A DNA stretch of 64,000 bases. It comes from Octopus sinensis. Its lineage: Eukaryota. Every line of letters starts with the position of its first letter. Position 1 is the stretch's first letter. Below the pieces are notes generated by a model. The model did not search any database and was not told the origin of the DNA. It worked only from the letters and a program-made list of their open reading frames with translations. The DNA lies in NCBI RefSeq assembly GCF_006345805.1, contig NC_043001.1:112654001-112718000 (forward strand), given 5' to 3'. Below, piece after piece: positions 51,713-64,000 of the stretch. The position numbers and the translations under genes are program-made.

Positions 51713-53589
51713 TTATTCGAATACTGACCCACCCACCAAAATGCAAATCCTTCGTTTTAATGGTTGGAATGCCTTTGATCATAGTCCTGTTCGAAAAGTA
51801 CTGACTCGGGGCTAAATAATTATAGCATTAGCCAAATTTCCTTCACAAAGCTTGGGTTTACTCAAGGTTGTAATAAAATAATCACTGGTCATTTTGCCAG
51901 TCTGTATGCACACACATACACACATACACACACAAACACACACATACACACATACACACACATACACACATACACACACAAACACACACATACACACATA
52001 CACACACATACACACACATACACACACAAACACACGTACTCACATCCACATCTACTGAGAATTTATGTAGATGGAAGAAGATAAGTGAGGAAAATTTTAA
52101 ATTTGAATAAGTCAGGATATTCAAGAAGGTTACAATTGTTGTCTATTTTACCGGTCATAGTGTACATTTAAAAAATTTTACAGATGCTTCTTAAGTGGGT
52201 GGCATTTAATGAAGAGTTCTGATCTTATATTTAGATAATTCAAGAAATTATGTTTTTTTTGTCTTTTGTTTATTTTTGTTTTGTTTTGTTTTGATTTGTT
52301 TTGGGTTTTTTTCAGCTGTAATAAGTGTCAACCTCTTTTAAAATCTGTATGTGAGAAGAAATATTAGTGGAATGTAAGAAAATATTGTGAAGGATATTTT
52401 GAAAAGTATCACGTAAATTGAAACACTAAAGAATACAATGTTTAGAACAATTTTTTGGAGAGAATATGTACTAGTTCAATAGTAGTCTATTTTACAGATC
52501 ATCGTGTACATTTCAAGAATTGTAACAGGTACTTGTTAAGCGGGTGGCATTTAAGGATGAGTTCTGATCTTGTATTTAGATAATATAAGAAATTGTTATT
52601 CAATATTAGTTTCTTTTCAACTATTATCAGCATCGTGCTTTTTTAAATTGCTTTTACTCTGTTTTTGTTGAATAGTTTTATGTGGCAGTAGTTAATTACA
52701 AAATACTTATTGATTATGACGAGGAAATTTTGAACAATATTTGACTTAGAGTAAGGAAAAAGGTGTCAATTCATAGTATTGGAAAGTATGGGTTTTGGGT
52801 CGCAATTAATCCTGTTTATGAAGCTACTAGCTTCTAAAGCATTATTATAATAAGGGGCCGCCTCATCGGTGATTTCTTTGACGAGAGATTAGAGAAACTC
52901 CCACTACATTCACAAATTCAGCTTCTAAACACTGAGATTGCAGGGGGTTATCTTACTATGTTACGTTTTTATTTGGCTTACAATCAATTTTGTATTTCAT
53001 GTATAATTAAATTTATGGTGGAATCTAAGACATTTACAACGCTAAAGTTTGTATGAATGGGTAAAGATGTTTAGCCACATCCGGTAACGACCACTTTAAT
53101 GCCGATGATACATTACTTCAATGTCCCTTAACCTTCTTCAACCACATGTGTCAACCACATGCATTATAGATGCCATATGTCAAATCTGCACTGATTCCAT
53201 CAACGGAAATCTCAAGAACACCCTCCAATGAAGTCACGCACATCTTGTCTATTTTAACAGCACAATAATACTTAAATACTGCTCATAACAAGCAAGCAAC
53301 ATCGCACCAGGCACTTCTAAGCATGTCCAACTCTCAGTTAGATCCATCAAAGTCGCTCCAATGTTGAAGTTTCACTATTACTTTGGGTATTTCCTGGTAA
53401 AAGCACATCCTTAACATGAGGTTCCGAGGCAGGAAAGTCATGTTAAGGATGCACATTCCTCAACAATTACTGTTACTCTAGAAAGTTCAGATGAGACCAA
53501 CATGTGGGATGGTATTCTTGCTATATATATAAAAAAAAAACATCCTGGATTTCATCCAGGGAAGGGTCACTCGACTGACTGACTGGCAT

Positions 53590-54020
53590 AAAATTCTTTT
53601 CTACTCTAGGAACAAGGCTCGAAATTTGGGAGTGGGGATAGTCGATTAGATCGACACCAGTACGCAACTGGTACTTAATTGATCGACCCCCGAAAGCGAT
53701 GAAAGCAAAGTCGACCTTGGTCGTATTTGAACTCAGAACGTAAAGACGGACAAAATGCCGCTAAGCAGTTTGTCCAGCGTGCTAACGTTTCTTATTTTTT
53801 TATTTCCCACAAGGGGCTAAACATAGAGGGGACAAACAAGGACAGACATGCAGTTTAAGTCGATTACATCGACCCCAGTAACTGGTACTTAATTTATCGA
53901 CCCCGAAAGGATGAAAGGCAAAGTCGACCTCGGCGGAATTTGAACTCAGAACGTAACGACAGGCGAAATACTGCTAAGCATTTCGCCCGGCGTGCTAACG
54001 TTTCTGCCAGCTCGCCGCCT
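53590..54020 (-). mobile_element. Two tandem SINE family A copies (tail type 2 then tail type 1)
   Basis: Core motifs at 53640-53790 and 53797-54020. Confidence 0.85.
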
Positions 54021-54373
54021 TACTGGCATAAAATTACTGACAAGCAAGTGTGCTACTTCCACTCTGCCTTTTTCTGTTACTACTAGAATGACATCTGTTC
54101 CTCCGATGCCAACTGGTTGCCCTTGCATCTCTTCAGTTCAAGCACTCGCTTTTTACTTCTCGTCATTATTATTATTCTCAACCCCTCGCACTGATCTTCC
54201 AGCAATGAGCCTGCCAAGGACTTGCGAAGGCTATGGGCAGTGTTCTTTCTTCCAGATTTAGTAAGTAAAAGCTTGTTTTCAAGTGGCTGCCCATAGTCAT
54301 TTTGTTGTATGGCCAGTTCATCATCTCTGTATTTTGAGTTAAATTTCTAATTTAGCGTGTTTAGCATATATAA

Positions 54374-54419
<46 letters not shown>

Positions 54420-54527
54420 CAGTATTTCGCCTGTCTTTACGTTCTGAGTTCAAATTCCGCCGAGGTCGACTTTGCCTTTCATCCTTTTCGGGATCGATAA
54501 TTTAAGTACCAGTTACGCACTGGGGTC

Positions 54528-54569
<42 letters not shown>

Positions 54570-55189
54570 CCGATGGGATTGTATATCTTTGCTGTATCAA
54601 ACATTTTCGTACTGATATCGTATAAACCTGTGGAATATGATGTTTTACTCGCGCTAATGTTTATCGATAGAGACATTTATTGAAGCAATACTCATAACAT
54701 AGCCCAAAATTAAAACAAACAGAGAAACATCATATACTTGCCACAAGCGAAAATATATAACTGATTGGTTATAAATCTGACTGTGAGAGTTGAAATTCCA
54801 TCACTAATATCTTTACTAATCGCATTGGCTATATCTTTAGTAAAGAAGAAAAACAAATGACGTAGTCCCTTCATTCCCAACACGTGACTATAAAGCCCTA
54901 AGAACGTTGATACGTGATTTAGAAACATTTATGTTTCATCAGCTCTCTACAGCAGCTTTCCAGAAAGGCATTTATTATTGAAAAGTCAGCTACATTCGCA
55001 CGGATGGTGATTTAAAGTGTGTCAAACTGTTTTCTTATGGTTTACAGTCTAAGCTATATGCTAACACAAATGTAACTAACTTTAACAGTATTCTGATCAA
55101 AAAACTGTATTCTTATTAAAAAATTTACGTGAACTAAAATGAATTATTATATTCAGCAATAGTATTATCTCTATTTTGCACTACTTCTT

Positions 55190-55222
55190 AGAATATGTGT
55201 GTGCGTATATGTATTGTATATA

Positions 55223-55282
<60 letters not shown>

Positions 55283-55358
55283 AGTGTATAAATGTATGTA
55301 TATGTGTATATATATATATATATATACACATATACATATATGTATGCATATATATATG

Positions 55359-55391
<33 letters not shown>

Positions 55392-55633
55392 GCACATATA
55401 TGAATATGTATAAATATATATATATGTATAGATATACATATACACACACACATATATATATATATGTATATATACACATACACAGATGTATATATTTACG
55501 TGTTAATAAGAAAACATCATTACATAATATGCATAAAGACAGACAGACAGCTAGATAGATAAGTACATACTTACATACATACATAGACAGATAAAGTGAA
55601 TGCATCTACTTATGTATCAGTATGATATATATC

Positions 55634-55678
<45 letters not shown>

Positions 55679-56267
55679 TATATATATATATATTATATAT
55701 ATATATATATATATAAATACACACACGTATACAAACAGACAGATACCACATACATGCATGTACGTATTCACAAATATATGTCAGCATTTCAAAATATATA
55801 TGAGCATTTGTGCGTATATGCGTGTATACGCATATTGCTTGAAGTACATATGCGTTTATGCAAACGCGCACAAACAAGCATGCGCATACTCACAAGCTTA
55901 CGAAACTGGCGAATAAGTGAGGGAGAGAGAGAGAGAGGGAGGGAGATGAGATGGAAATCCAGAAATATCCAGTTTTATGTCACGGCAAACACCTCCGGCT
56001 ACCCTATCTACGATTGTGTGTACATATACTTGGATAATTTTTTTACTCATTATACGTATATAGATTTTTCTACGCACATACACACATATAAACCCATGCA
56101 TACATACATGCGCATACTCTGTATATGCATGCATACATGCCTATTTACATACACATGCACACACACACATACACACACACATATATATATATATAATATA
56201 TATATATATACATATATATATATAGGCATGTATGCCTGCATATGTTTACATATATATAATATATATA

Positions 56268-56348
<81 letters not shown>

Positions 56349-56426
56349 TGCAAGTAGATATATGCGTGCATATACACACACATATACACATGTTTACATA
56401 CACATTATATATATGCACATATATAC

Positions 56427-56470
<44 letters not shown>
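55190..56470. repeat. (TA)n/(TG)n/(CA)n low-complexity region
   Basis: Direct reading. Confidence 0.9.
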
Positions 56471-56471
<1 letters not shown>

Positions 56472-56743
56472 AAAAAATCATCACCAACAGCCAAATTGGC
56501 AACGGCTGGCATTGGCATTGAGCGAAGAAAGAAAATCCGCTAAGAACGGCGAGAGGAATTAATCAGTGTGTCTATAGCTGAGGGCGAAATTCTTGGATTT
56601 ACAAATGTCTGATATAAATGGTGAAGAATAATAATAAGTAAATAAAAGAAATGAATAAATAACTCAAACAAAAAAAATCAGAACGATGGAGCGTGATAGA
56701 TGGATAGGTTGATGGTGTGGATGGGTGGATGGATGGATGGATG

Positions 56744-56798
<55 letters not shown>

Positions 56799-56806
56799 GG
56801 GTTGAC

Positions 56807-56881
<75 letters not shown>

Positions 56882-56913
56882 TGTTTCTTTATTAGCCACA
56901 CAGGGCTGCACAC

Positions 56914-56918
<5 letters not shown>
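56882..56918 (-). mobile_element. ~37-bp 3' terminus of the Tx1 element inside (GATA)n
   Basis: tgtttctttattagccacacagggctgcacacagatag is the reverse complement of the 21966-22001 end; pure GATA on both sides. Confidence 0.88.
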
Positions 56919-56988
<70 letters not shown>

Positions 56989-57494
56989 GACAGACAAACA
57001 GAGAGATAGGCAGGCAGATACATACATACATACATACACACATACGTAGAGAAACATACTGATTGATATATACATGTATATATATATAAGCATAGAGAGA
57101 CACTTGAGCAGACAGACAGACCGACATGCAGGCAGACACAGAGATAGAGATGTCAGTAGGTGGGGATTTAGGTAGGTAGGTACAAAGTTTGCCTCTCTAT
57201 CTTACACACATAGGTATGTAACTAGATAGATAGCCAAATACACACGGATACACTCACGGACGCACAAACTGATAAACAGACAGACGGACAGACAAACAGA
57301 CAGACAGTGAGAAAGAGGTAAATGGTTAGGTAGATGTTCATTTGTCCAGAATCGAAATAAAAGTATTATAAAGTATTACAGGTGGCGCCCGCAGCAAAAT
57401 AATGTGTGTGTAAGTGTGTATGTATATGCGTGTATGTGTGCACGTTTGTGTTACCTCTGCTTGTCTGTATGTACTCTTTGATACGTCTATATGA

Positions 57495-57563
<69 letters not shown>

Positions 57564-57751
57564 TATATATATATATATATATTATATATATAGAGAGAGA
57601 GAGAGAGAGACAGACAGATAGATAGACAGACAGACAGACAGATAGCGAGAGAGAGACAGACAGACAGACAGATAGATAGAGAGAGATAAACAGACGGACA
57701 GACAGACAGGCAGATGGACAGACAGACAGACAGACAGACAGACATACAGAC

Positions 57752-57786
<35 letters not shown>

Positions 57787-58018
57787 GTAAGTGGACAAAC
57801 GAAAGAGAAGTTAGTTGGAGTTATATGTATTATCATTTAAAACAGTTTGATTCGGCCCCATGCAGATTATAGTTTATGTGACTCATTAGAAGAAACTAGC
57901 TCGTCGAGCGCTGGCGACCGAATGGAGAGGATTTGCAAATCCAAGACCGTATACAAAGACATATGCATGCGAAGGATTACACATATGCATATGCACTGTT
58001 AGTCATATAAATAACTGG

Positions 58019-58061
58019 ATGTGCTGATGACGGGTCAATACTCAGAAACTCGGGTCCATGT
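58019..58061 (+). ncRNA. Type I minimal hammerhead ribozyme motif with canonical core
   Basis: atgtg-CTGATGA-c-gggt(caat)actc-a-GAAA-ctcgg-GTC-catgt. Confidence 0.65.
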
Positions 58062-58231
58062 GTATCACGTCAGGCTGGAGATGGCAACGATGACTTCCCT
58101 CTGCAAATACTGATAGGGCACAGATAGTGTGTCAATAGCCAGCTGGATGAGATGTGTTCCTGGGGCTACAAGCTACAGTAGCATCAACGCTTAAGGGTTA
58201 GCCACATTTAGGTGGCAATATACTTTACGGT

Positions 58232-58885
58232 CACAAAAGTACAGCTCCCAAAATTACTGCAGAGCTTAATGACCACTTCGAGAACCCAGTTTCCACAAAA
58301 ACTGTTCGCCGGGAGCTGCACAAAGTCGGATTTCACGGGAGGGCTGCAATCAGGAAAACCACTACTTTCGAAAACAAACATTGCAAAGCGTTTAGAGTGG
58401 AGTGAAAAACCTACAGAATTGGTTCCTAGAGCAGTGGGAGAATGTTATTTTCTCGGACGAGTCATCCTTGACCTTATTTCCGACCACCAGCCGAGTATAC
58501 GCCTGGAGACAGCCGAAAGAAGCATTTGATCCAGACTGTCTTCTTCCAACTGTTAAACATGGAGGAGGATCTGTGGTGATCTGGGATGGCTATATCTTAG
58601 AAATTCACCGGCCCAATGTTTTCCCTTCATGGCAGAATTAATAGTCAAGACTATTTAAGCTTTTTATCTTATGTTCATACTATGCTTGCGGAACTGTTTC
58701 CGGAGGGAAACGTAATCTTTCAGGATTATAATGCACCAATTCACACAGCTAAAGTTGTTACTGAATGGCACGAAGAACATTCTAGTGAAGTTGAACATCT
58801 TATCTGGCCACTACAGTCCCCAGATCACAATATTATTGAGCATTTAGGGTGCATTTTAGAAAAGCAAGTAAGGAGTCGATATCTT
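58232..58885 (+). pseudogene. Tc1/mariner transposase remnant (HTH plus DDE domain), apparent DD36E spacing
   Basis: KITAELNDHFENPVSTKTVRRELHKVGFHGRAAIRK; QWENVIFSDESS; FQDYNAPIHT...WPLQSPDHNIIEHL. Several frameshifts and a stop; cut at the 3' end by a SINE; no TIR seen. Confidence 0.92.
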
Positions 58886-59570
58886 CCGATACAGCTTGGC
58901 ACCAGTGACTTTGCAACTAATTTCTACGGATGAGTGAACTGGAGCAACGTGAAACAAAGTGTCATGCTCAAGAACACACCATACAGCGCTGTACGGGAAT
59001 CGAACTCACTACCTCGTGATTGTGAGCCCGACACGCTAACCACTGAGCCATGAAATAAAATGCCTTACTGAAAGATGCAATGCTTAATGCTATCAAGGAA
59101 TCGAACCCACGATCTTTGGAGATCGTGAGCCTAACACTCTAACCACTAGGCCACATGTCCTTCTCAGCTATGTGTGCTATCATTATCGTTCCAGCTTCTC
59201 AAAGCTGACGAAAACAGATGCTGGCAATTATCTATCCCAACATCTGTGAAGGCACATGGCTTAGTGGTTAAGGTATTCAGTTCATGATCGTAAGGTCATG
59301 ACTTCAAGTCACAACGACGCGTTGTGTCCTTGAGCAAGTTACTTTATTTCACGTTGCTCTAGTCCACTCAGCTGGCAAAAATGAGAAGTACCTGCATTTC
59401 AAAGGTCCAGCCTTCTCACACTCTGTATCACGCTGAATCTCCCTGGGAACTACGTTAATGGCACATGTGTCTGTGGAGTGCTGAGCCACTTGCACATTAA
59501 TTTCACAAGCAGACTGCTCCATTGATCGGACCAATTGAAACCCTCATCGTAGTAACCCACGGAGTGCCAG
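58886..59570. mobile_element. Cluster of family C-type SINEs (minus 58886-59052, minus head 59095-59160, plus 59248-59570)
   Basis: tRNA-like heads, CORE-like middle and shared 3' body. Confidence 0.8.
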
Positions 59571-60262
59571 TGATATTCCAACATTTTATATCTCTCTTTC
59601 GAAATTCTCTGGCCTCGTACCTCCTCCACCGGGCACGCCCGAAGCATCCGTCTCTCGCCCTCGCGTCGCCCCATAATGTGTCCATCCCATTCCACCCCAC
59701 CCAAAACCCTACACTAATCACAACACCCAGTCCTTTCTGCGCAGAATGCCGTTCGACTGGCATTCTTATATGCTTTCCTTGCAAATGTCGACGTCATAAT
59801 GGCATCTATATCTACACGCAACTACATAGAGCTAGCAAAAACATGGTACATGCTACCAAAACCAGTCTTCCTTCTAGTCGACCATTAACAGCATAAGCTT
59901 CACTCTTATCTTATAGTCTAGGAAATACGAAGCACAATCACTCTCGAGAAACCAAATCCAATAAACGGAAAATTAAGATCTTATTTGATAGATGACGATT
60001 TAGTGTATTATGCTGGATGGAGGAAATTCCATGTTATGCAGCCGTCTGGTATGTTATGCAGTTACATAAACTGACAAATATAACTCAATCAAATCTACCC
60101 GGATTCCAAATAGCTTCAGTAATGGGGGTCAGATAAATAAATAAATAAATAAATAGATAAATAAATAAAGCTGTGATCCCTAAACTTGTTCTCCAACGAT
60201 AATGAAATGATAGACATAACCGACACAGTAAGAGATCAAATAATAGTTGTACGGCGCCATAA

Positions 60263-60338
<76 letters not shown>

Positions 60339-60410
60339 TTAGTAGTAGTAGTAGTAGTAGTAGTGTTCTTCGTCTTTTTTATTTTTCACTGTCGACCTTA
60401 TCTTCTTTTT

Positions 60411-60446
<36 letters not shown>

Positions 60447-60744
60447 AGTTGCTACTGATGGCGATGCTACTGCTTCTGTTGCTGGTAACAGAATAATCTT
60501 CATCACCCCTACAACTCCTACCACCATCACCACAACTCCCACTACTGCGACCACTACAGCAATGACAACAGCAACAACAACAACAACAACAACAACTACT
60601 ACTACTACTATAGTAAAAAGTATAACATCAATTACACCTACTCCTATCACATCTATTCCCACTATTGCTACTACTAATATGATCTGTATTATGACTGTTA
60701 ATTGTGCGGTCAGCGTTTTTTTTCCAATAGCAATGGGTTGGTAT

Positions 60745-62135
60745 AATGGTTAAATGACAGCGGAAAAATGCCTTGCGGTATTTGTTCCGACTATTTTACA
60801 TCCTAAATTCAAATACCACCGAAATCATCCTAGCTTTTCATCTTTCAGAATCGATAAAACAGAGTACTTGTCAAGTACTGGGGTCGATTTAGACGACTAG
60901 CAACCTCCTGCAAAATTTCGAGCTATATTAGAAGAAATTATTTTTAACCTTCCTCAAAGTCCAAGCCTTGGCCTCATCGTAGTGAGAAGTTCAAACGAGC
61001 GTGTGCCAGAGCTAAGCCGTCGGAGACTTCGAGTCCCTGGTATGGCCACCGAAGGTGGACAGGTCTGACATCGGCTGTGCTAGGGTCGCAACCTGGCTAA
61101 CTAGAAGGCAATGGTGAATTCCGGGCGGCGTTAGTTATGAAATTCGGTGGCTTCTTGGTAGCGTTGGATCGCGACTACGGGCATTCTGCGGCGAAAAGGC
61201 GTAACACGATGATGACCTGCCACCGGTCGTGTATTGTAGCCTATGAATACAGACAGGAACTGTTTTCGCGAGCTCTGATCGTACCTTAAAACCCCAATGA
61301 ACTCACGACATAGGATCTGGTTCAACCTCTCCCGAGTGAATATCGTTACAAGGCTAGAAGACAATTATTAGCACGCCGGGTGAAATGCTTAGCGGCATTT
61401 CGCCCGTCGCTACGTTCTGAGTTCAAATTCCACCGATGTCGACTTTGCCTTTTATCCTTTCAGGATCGATGAGTTGAGTACTGGGGTCGATGTAATCGAC
61501 TTAACCCCTCCCACAAAAAAATTTCAGACGCTGTGCCTATAATAGAAAGTATTATTAAGATGGGCTGGCACATCGTTAGCATGTCAAAGAAAATGCTCAG
61601 AGACATATATTCCATATTTCTACGATCTGAGTTCGTATTCCTTTGAGTTCAACTTTGCCTTTTATCCTTTTAGGCTTGATAAAACTGAGTATTGAGGTCG
61701 ATGTTTTCGGCTGTTAACAGACCAAGTAAAATGTTTAGGGGCATTTTGACGTCCTTACGTTCTGAGTTCAAATTCCGCCAAGGTCGACTTTGCCTTTCAT
61801 CCTTTCGGGATTGATAAAATAAGTACCAGTTGAGTACCAGTTGAGCACTGAGTTCGATGTAATCGACTATCCCACTCCCCCCTCAAAATTTCAAGCGTTG
61901 TGCCTATTGTAGAAAGGGATGATTATTATTATTGTTGGCTCAATTGTTAGAACGTTGGGCAAAATGCTTAGCGGCATTTAGTCTGTCTTCGTGTTCTGAG
62001 TTCAACTTGCAACAATGTCGACTTTGTTTTCGTCTTCTCGAGGTTGATAAAATAGGTACCAGTTCAGCTTTGGAGTCGATGTAATCGACTAGCCCCCACT
62101 CCTCCAAAGCTGCTGGCCTTGTGCCAAAATTTTTT
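60745..62135 (+). mobile_element. Cluster of about five degenerate SINE family A copies (tail type 2), with a GC-rich insert at 60960-61360
   Basis: Repeated gagttcaaattcc...gactttgcctt...gtcgatgtaatcgact...gtgcctat. Confidence 0.78.
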
Positions 62136-62304
62136 ACAATTTATTAATATTATTATTATTATTATTATCTTCGTGGTTAATTGTGGTAGTTTATGTTATT
62201 AGAAAGTTGGATAGAATTATATACTTTCTCAAATTTCTCTCTCTCTCCCTCTCTCTCTCTCTCTCACACACATACACACACATAAATATATATATACATA
62301 CATG

Positions 62305-62338
<34 letters not shown>

Positions 62339-62366
62339 TATATATATATATATAATATATATATAA

Positions 62367-62408
<42 letters not shown>

Positions 62409-62865
62409 AAGCAAATTTATACACATATATATATAAAATTCGCTTGCGCACACAGAAAGCAGGTGCGAGAGACAAGAGACGCTAGAAATAACAGAGGTGG
62501 GAGAAAGATCAATCAATCGATAGTTAGATGCCTAGGAAACAAACTGACAAATATTTATTGGCAGACAAACGGATCGGGATAGCATTGACAAGAAGACAAA
62601 TAGAGAAGGGAGACGGGCGGACGGTATGACAGAAGGTTATAGATACAAAAAGAATTGCTGGGGTGGTGCATGCAGGGAGGGGGAGAGAGAGGGGGGTAGG
62701 GGATAAAGGTAGAGACAGACAGAGACACTGGCAGAGAGATGGAGATACAAAGAGAGATAGATAGATAGACAGGCAGATAAGTTGGCGGGCAGACAGATAG
62801 GTAGACAGGTAGATATATAGGCAGATAACGTGATAGATAGGGAGGCAGACAGACAGACAGACAGG

Positions 62866-62949
<84 letters not shown>

Positions 62950-62999
62950 CTGGTAGACAAATAGATAGATTGATAGACAAACAGACAGATAGATAGATA

Positions 63000-63143
63000 T
63001 GTTTCTTTATTAGCCACACAGGGCTGCACACAGACAGGACAAATTACAAGGTAGAGCTTTTTCTTTTGGGGGTAAAAAAAGGGGGTTTGGTTTCCGATCA
63101 AAAGGGATCGTAAAGGGAAAGAAAGAGGACAAAAAAGGGGGGA
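63000..63143 (-). mobile_element. ~145-bp 3' fragment of the Tx1 element inside (GATA)n
   Basis: Reverse complement matches the 3' UTR end (aaagctctaccttgtaatttgt...gcagccctgtgtggctaataaagaaaca); GATA/GACA arrays on both sides. Confidence 0.9.
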
Positions 63144-63229
63144 ATAGATAGATAGATAGATAGATAGATAGATTCGTAGACAAATAGATAGACTGGTAGA
63201 CAAATAGATAGATTGATAGACAGATAGAC

Positions 63230-63280
<51 letters not shown>

Positions 63281-63321
63281 CAAATAGACAGACAGACAGA
63301 CACACACACACAGACAGACAC

Positions 63322-63414
<93 letters not shown>

Positions 63415-64000
63415 GATATCGATATAGATATAAAAATAGATAGATAAAAAACTTAAGATATAAACAGTCAAACAGACGAACATTAAACGCTCGTCACCCT
63501 CCACCACATTTAATCTACCACCTCCGCCTACATCACCAACACCACTACAACCGCAGCCGTTTCAACCATACCACCACCACCTCCACCACAGCCGCCACCA
63601 CCGTTACCTCCACGACCCACACACCCATACATACATAGATATGCGCAAATAGAAAATTGTAATAGTGCGAAGTTGCCCAGGAGGAAGGAAGAGACACTTC
63701 ACGATAATGTTACCAAAGTGACTTGTTATCTTATAACACCACCGCTTTCCCTTCTTCTTCTTCTTCAACCTCCACCCCCACCCCCTCCGTCGTTGTCTCC
63801 TTGCACCCTCCTCCACTACCGCCACCATCCGTGGCACCACTGGCACCTCCGCCATCGTCACCAGCGGAGCAACTATATGAAGCAGTCATGCGTAACACAG
63901 TTTCCGCTACTCGTCCAATGAAACTACTTTACTTAACAAAAGAACGTCAGTTTAAGCAGGGAAGACTTTTTTTTTTTTTGCCAACGTCCAACCCACCAAA

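Noticed and set aside
54479-54928. Two collinear minus-strand ORFs as a decayed gene
   Set aside because: Two stops between them, no recognisable motif and no clear splice signals.

Overview
No recognisable host protein-coding gene, rRNA, tRNA gene or CRISPR array is present. This is repeat-saturated animal intronic/intergenic DNA with very dense di-, tri- and tetranucleotide microsatellites and three or more tRNA-derived SINE families; it looks like an octopus-type cephalopod genome (inferred from the repeat landscape, not verified). Nearly all ORFs in the supplied track are microsatellite translations. Real coding remnants are all mobile-element fragments: a Tx1/L1-clade ORF2 C-terminus (20.9-21.6 kb), two R4/Dong-like restriction-like endonuclease (RLE) tails (25.2-25.6 kb minus, 47.8-48.0 kb plus) and a Tc1-type transposase pseudogene with apparent DD36E spacing (58.2-58.9 kb). 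Most notable: (1) hammerhead-ribozyme motifs of the minimal Penelope type, one with an intact CUGAUGA/GAAA/GUC core at 58,019-58,061 and a three-copy variant family with U6 and an extra A; (2) three different non-LTR retrotransposons each sitting in a different microsatellite class, with four Tx1 3' ends all fused to (TATC)n; (3) a ~250-bp inverted duplication bracketing 3.1 kb; (4) SINE concatemers, tail swapping and nested insertions. Coordinates were counted by hand, and degenerate repeat boundaries are approximate.
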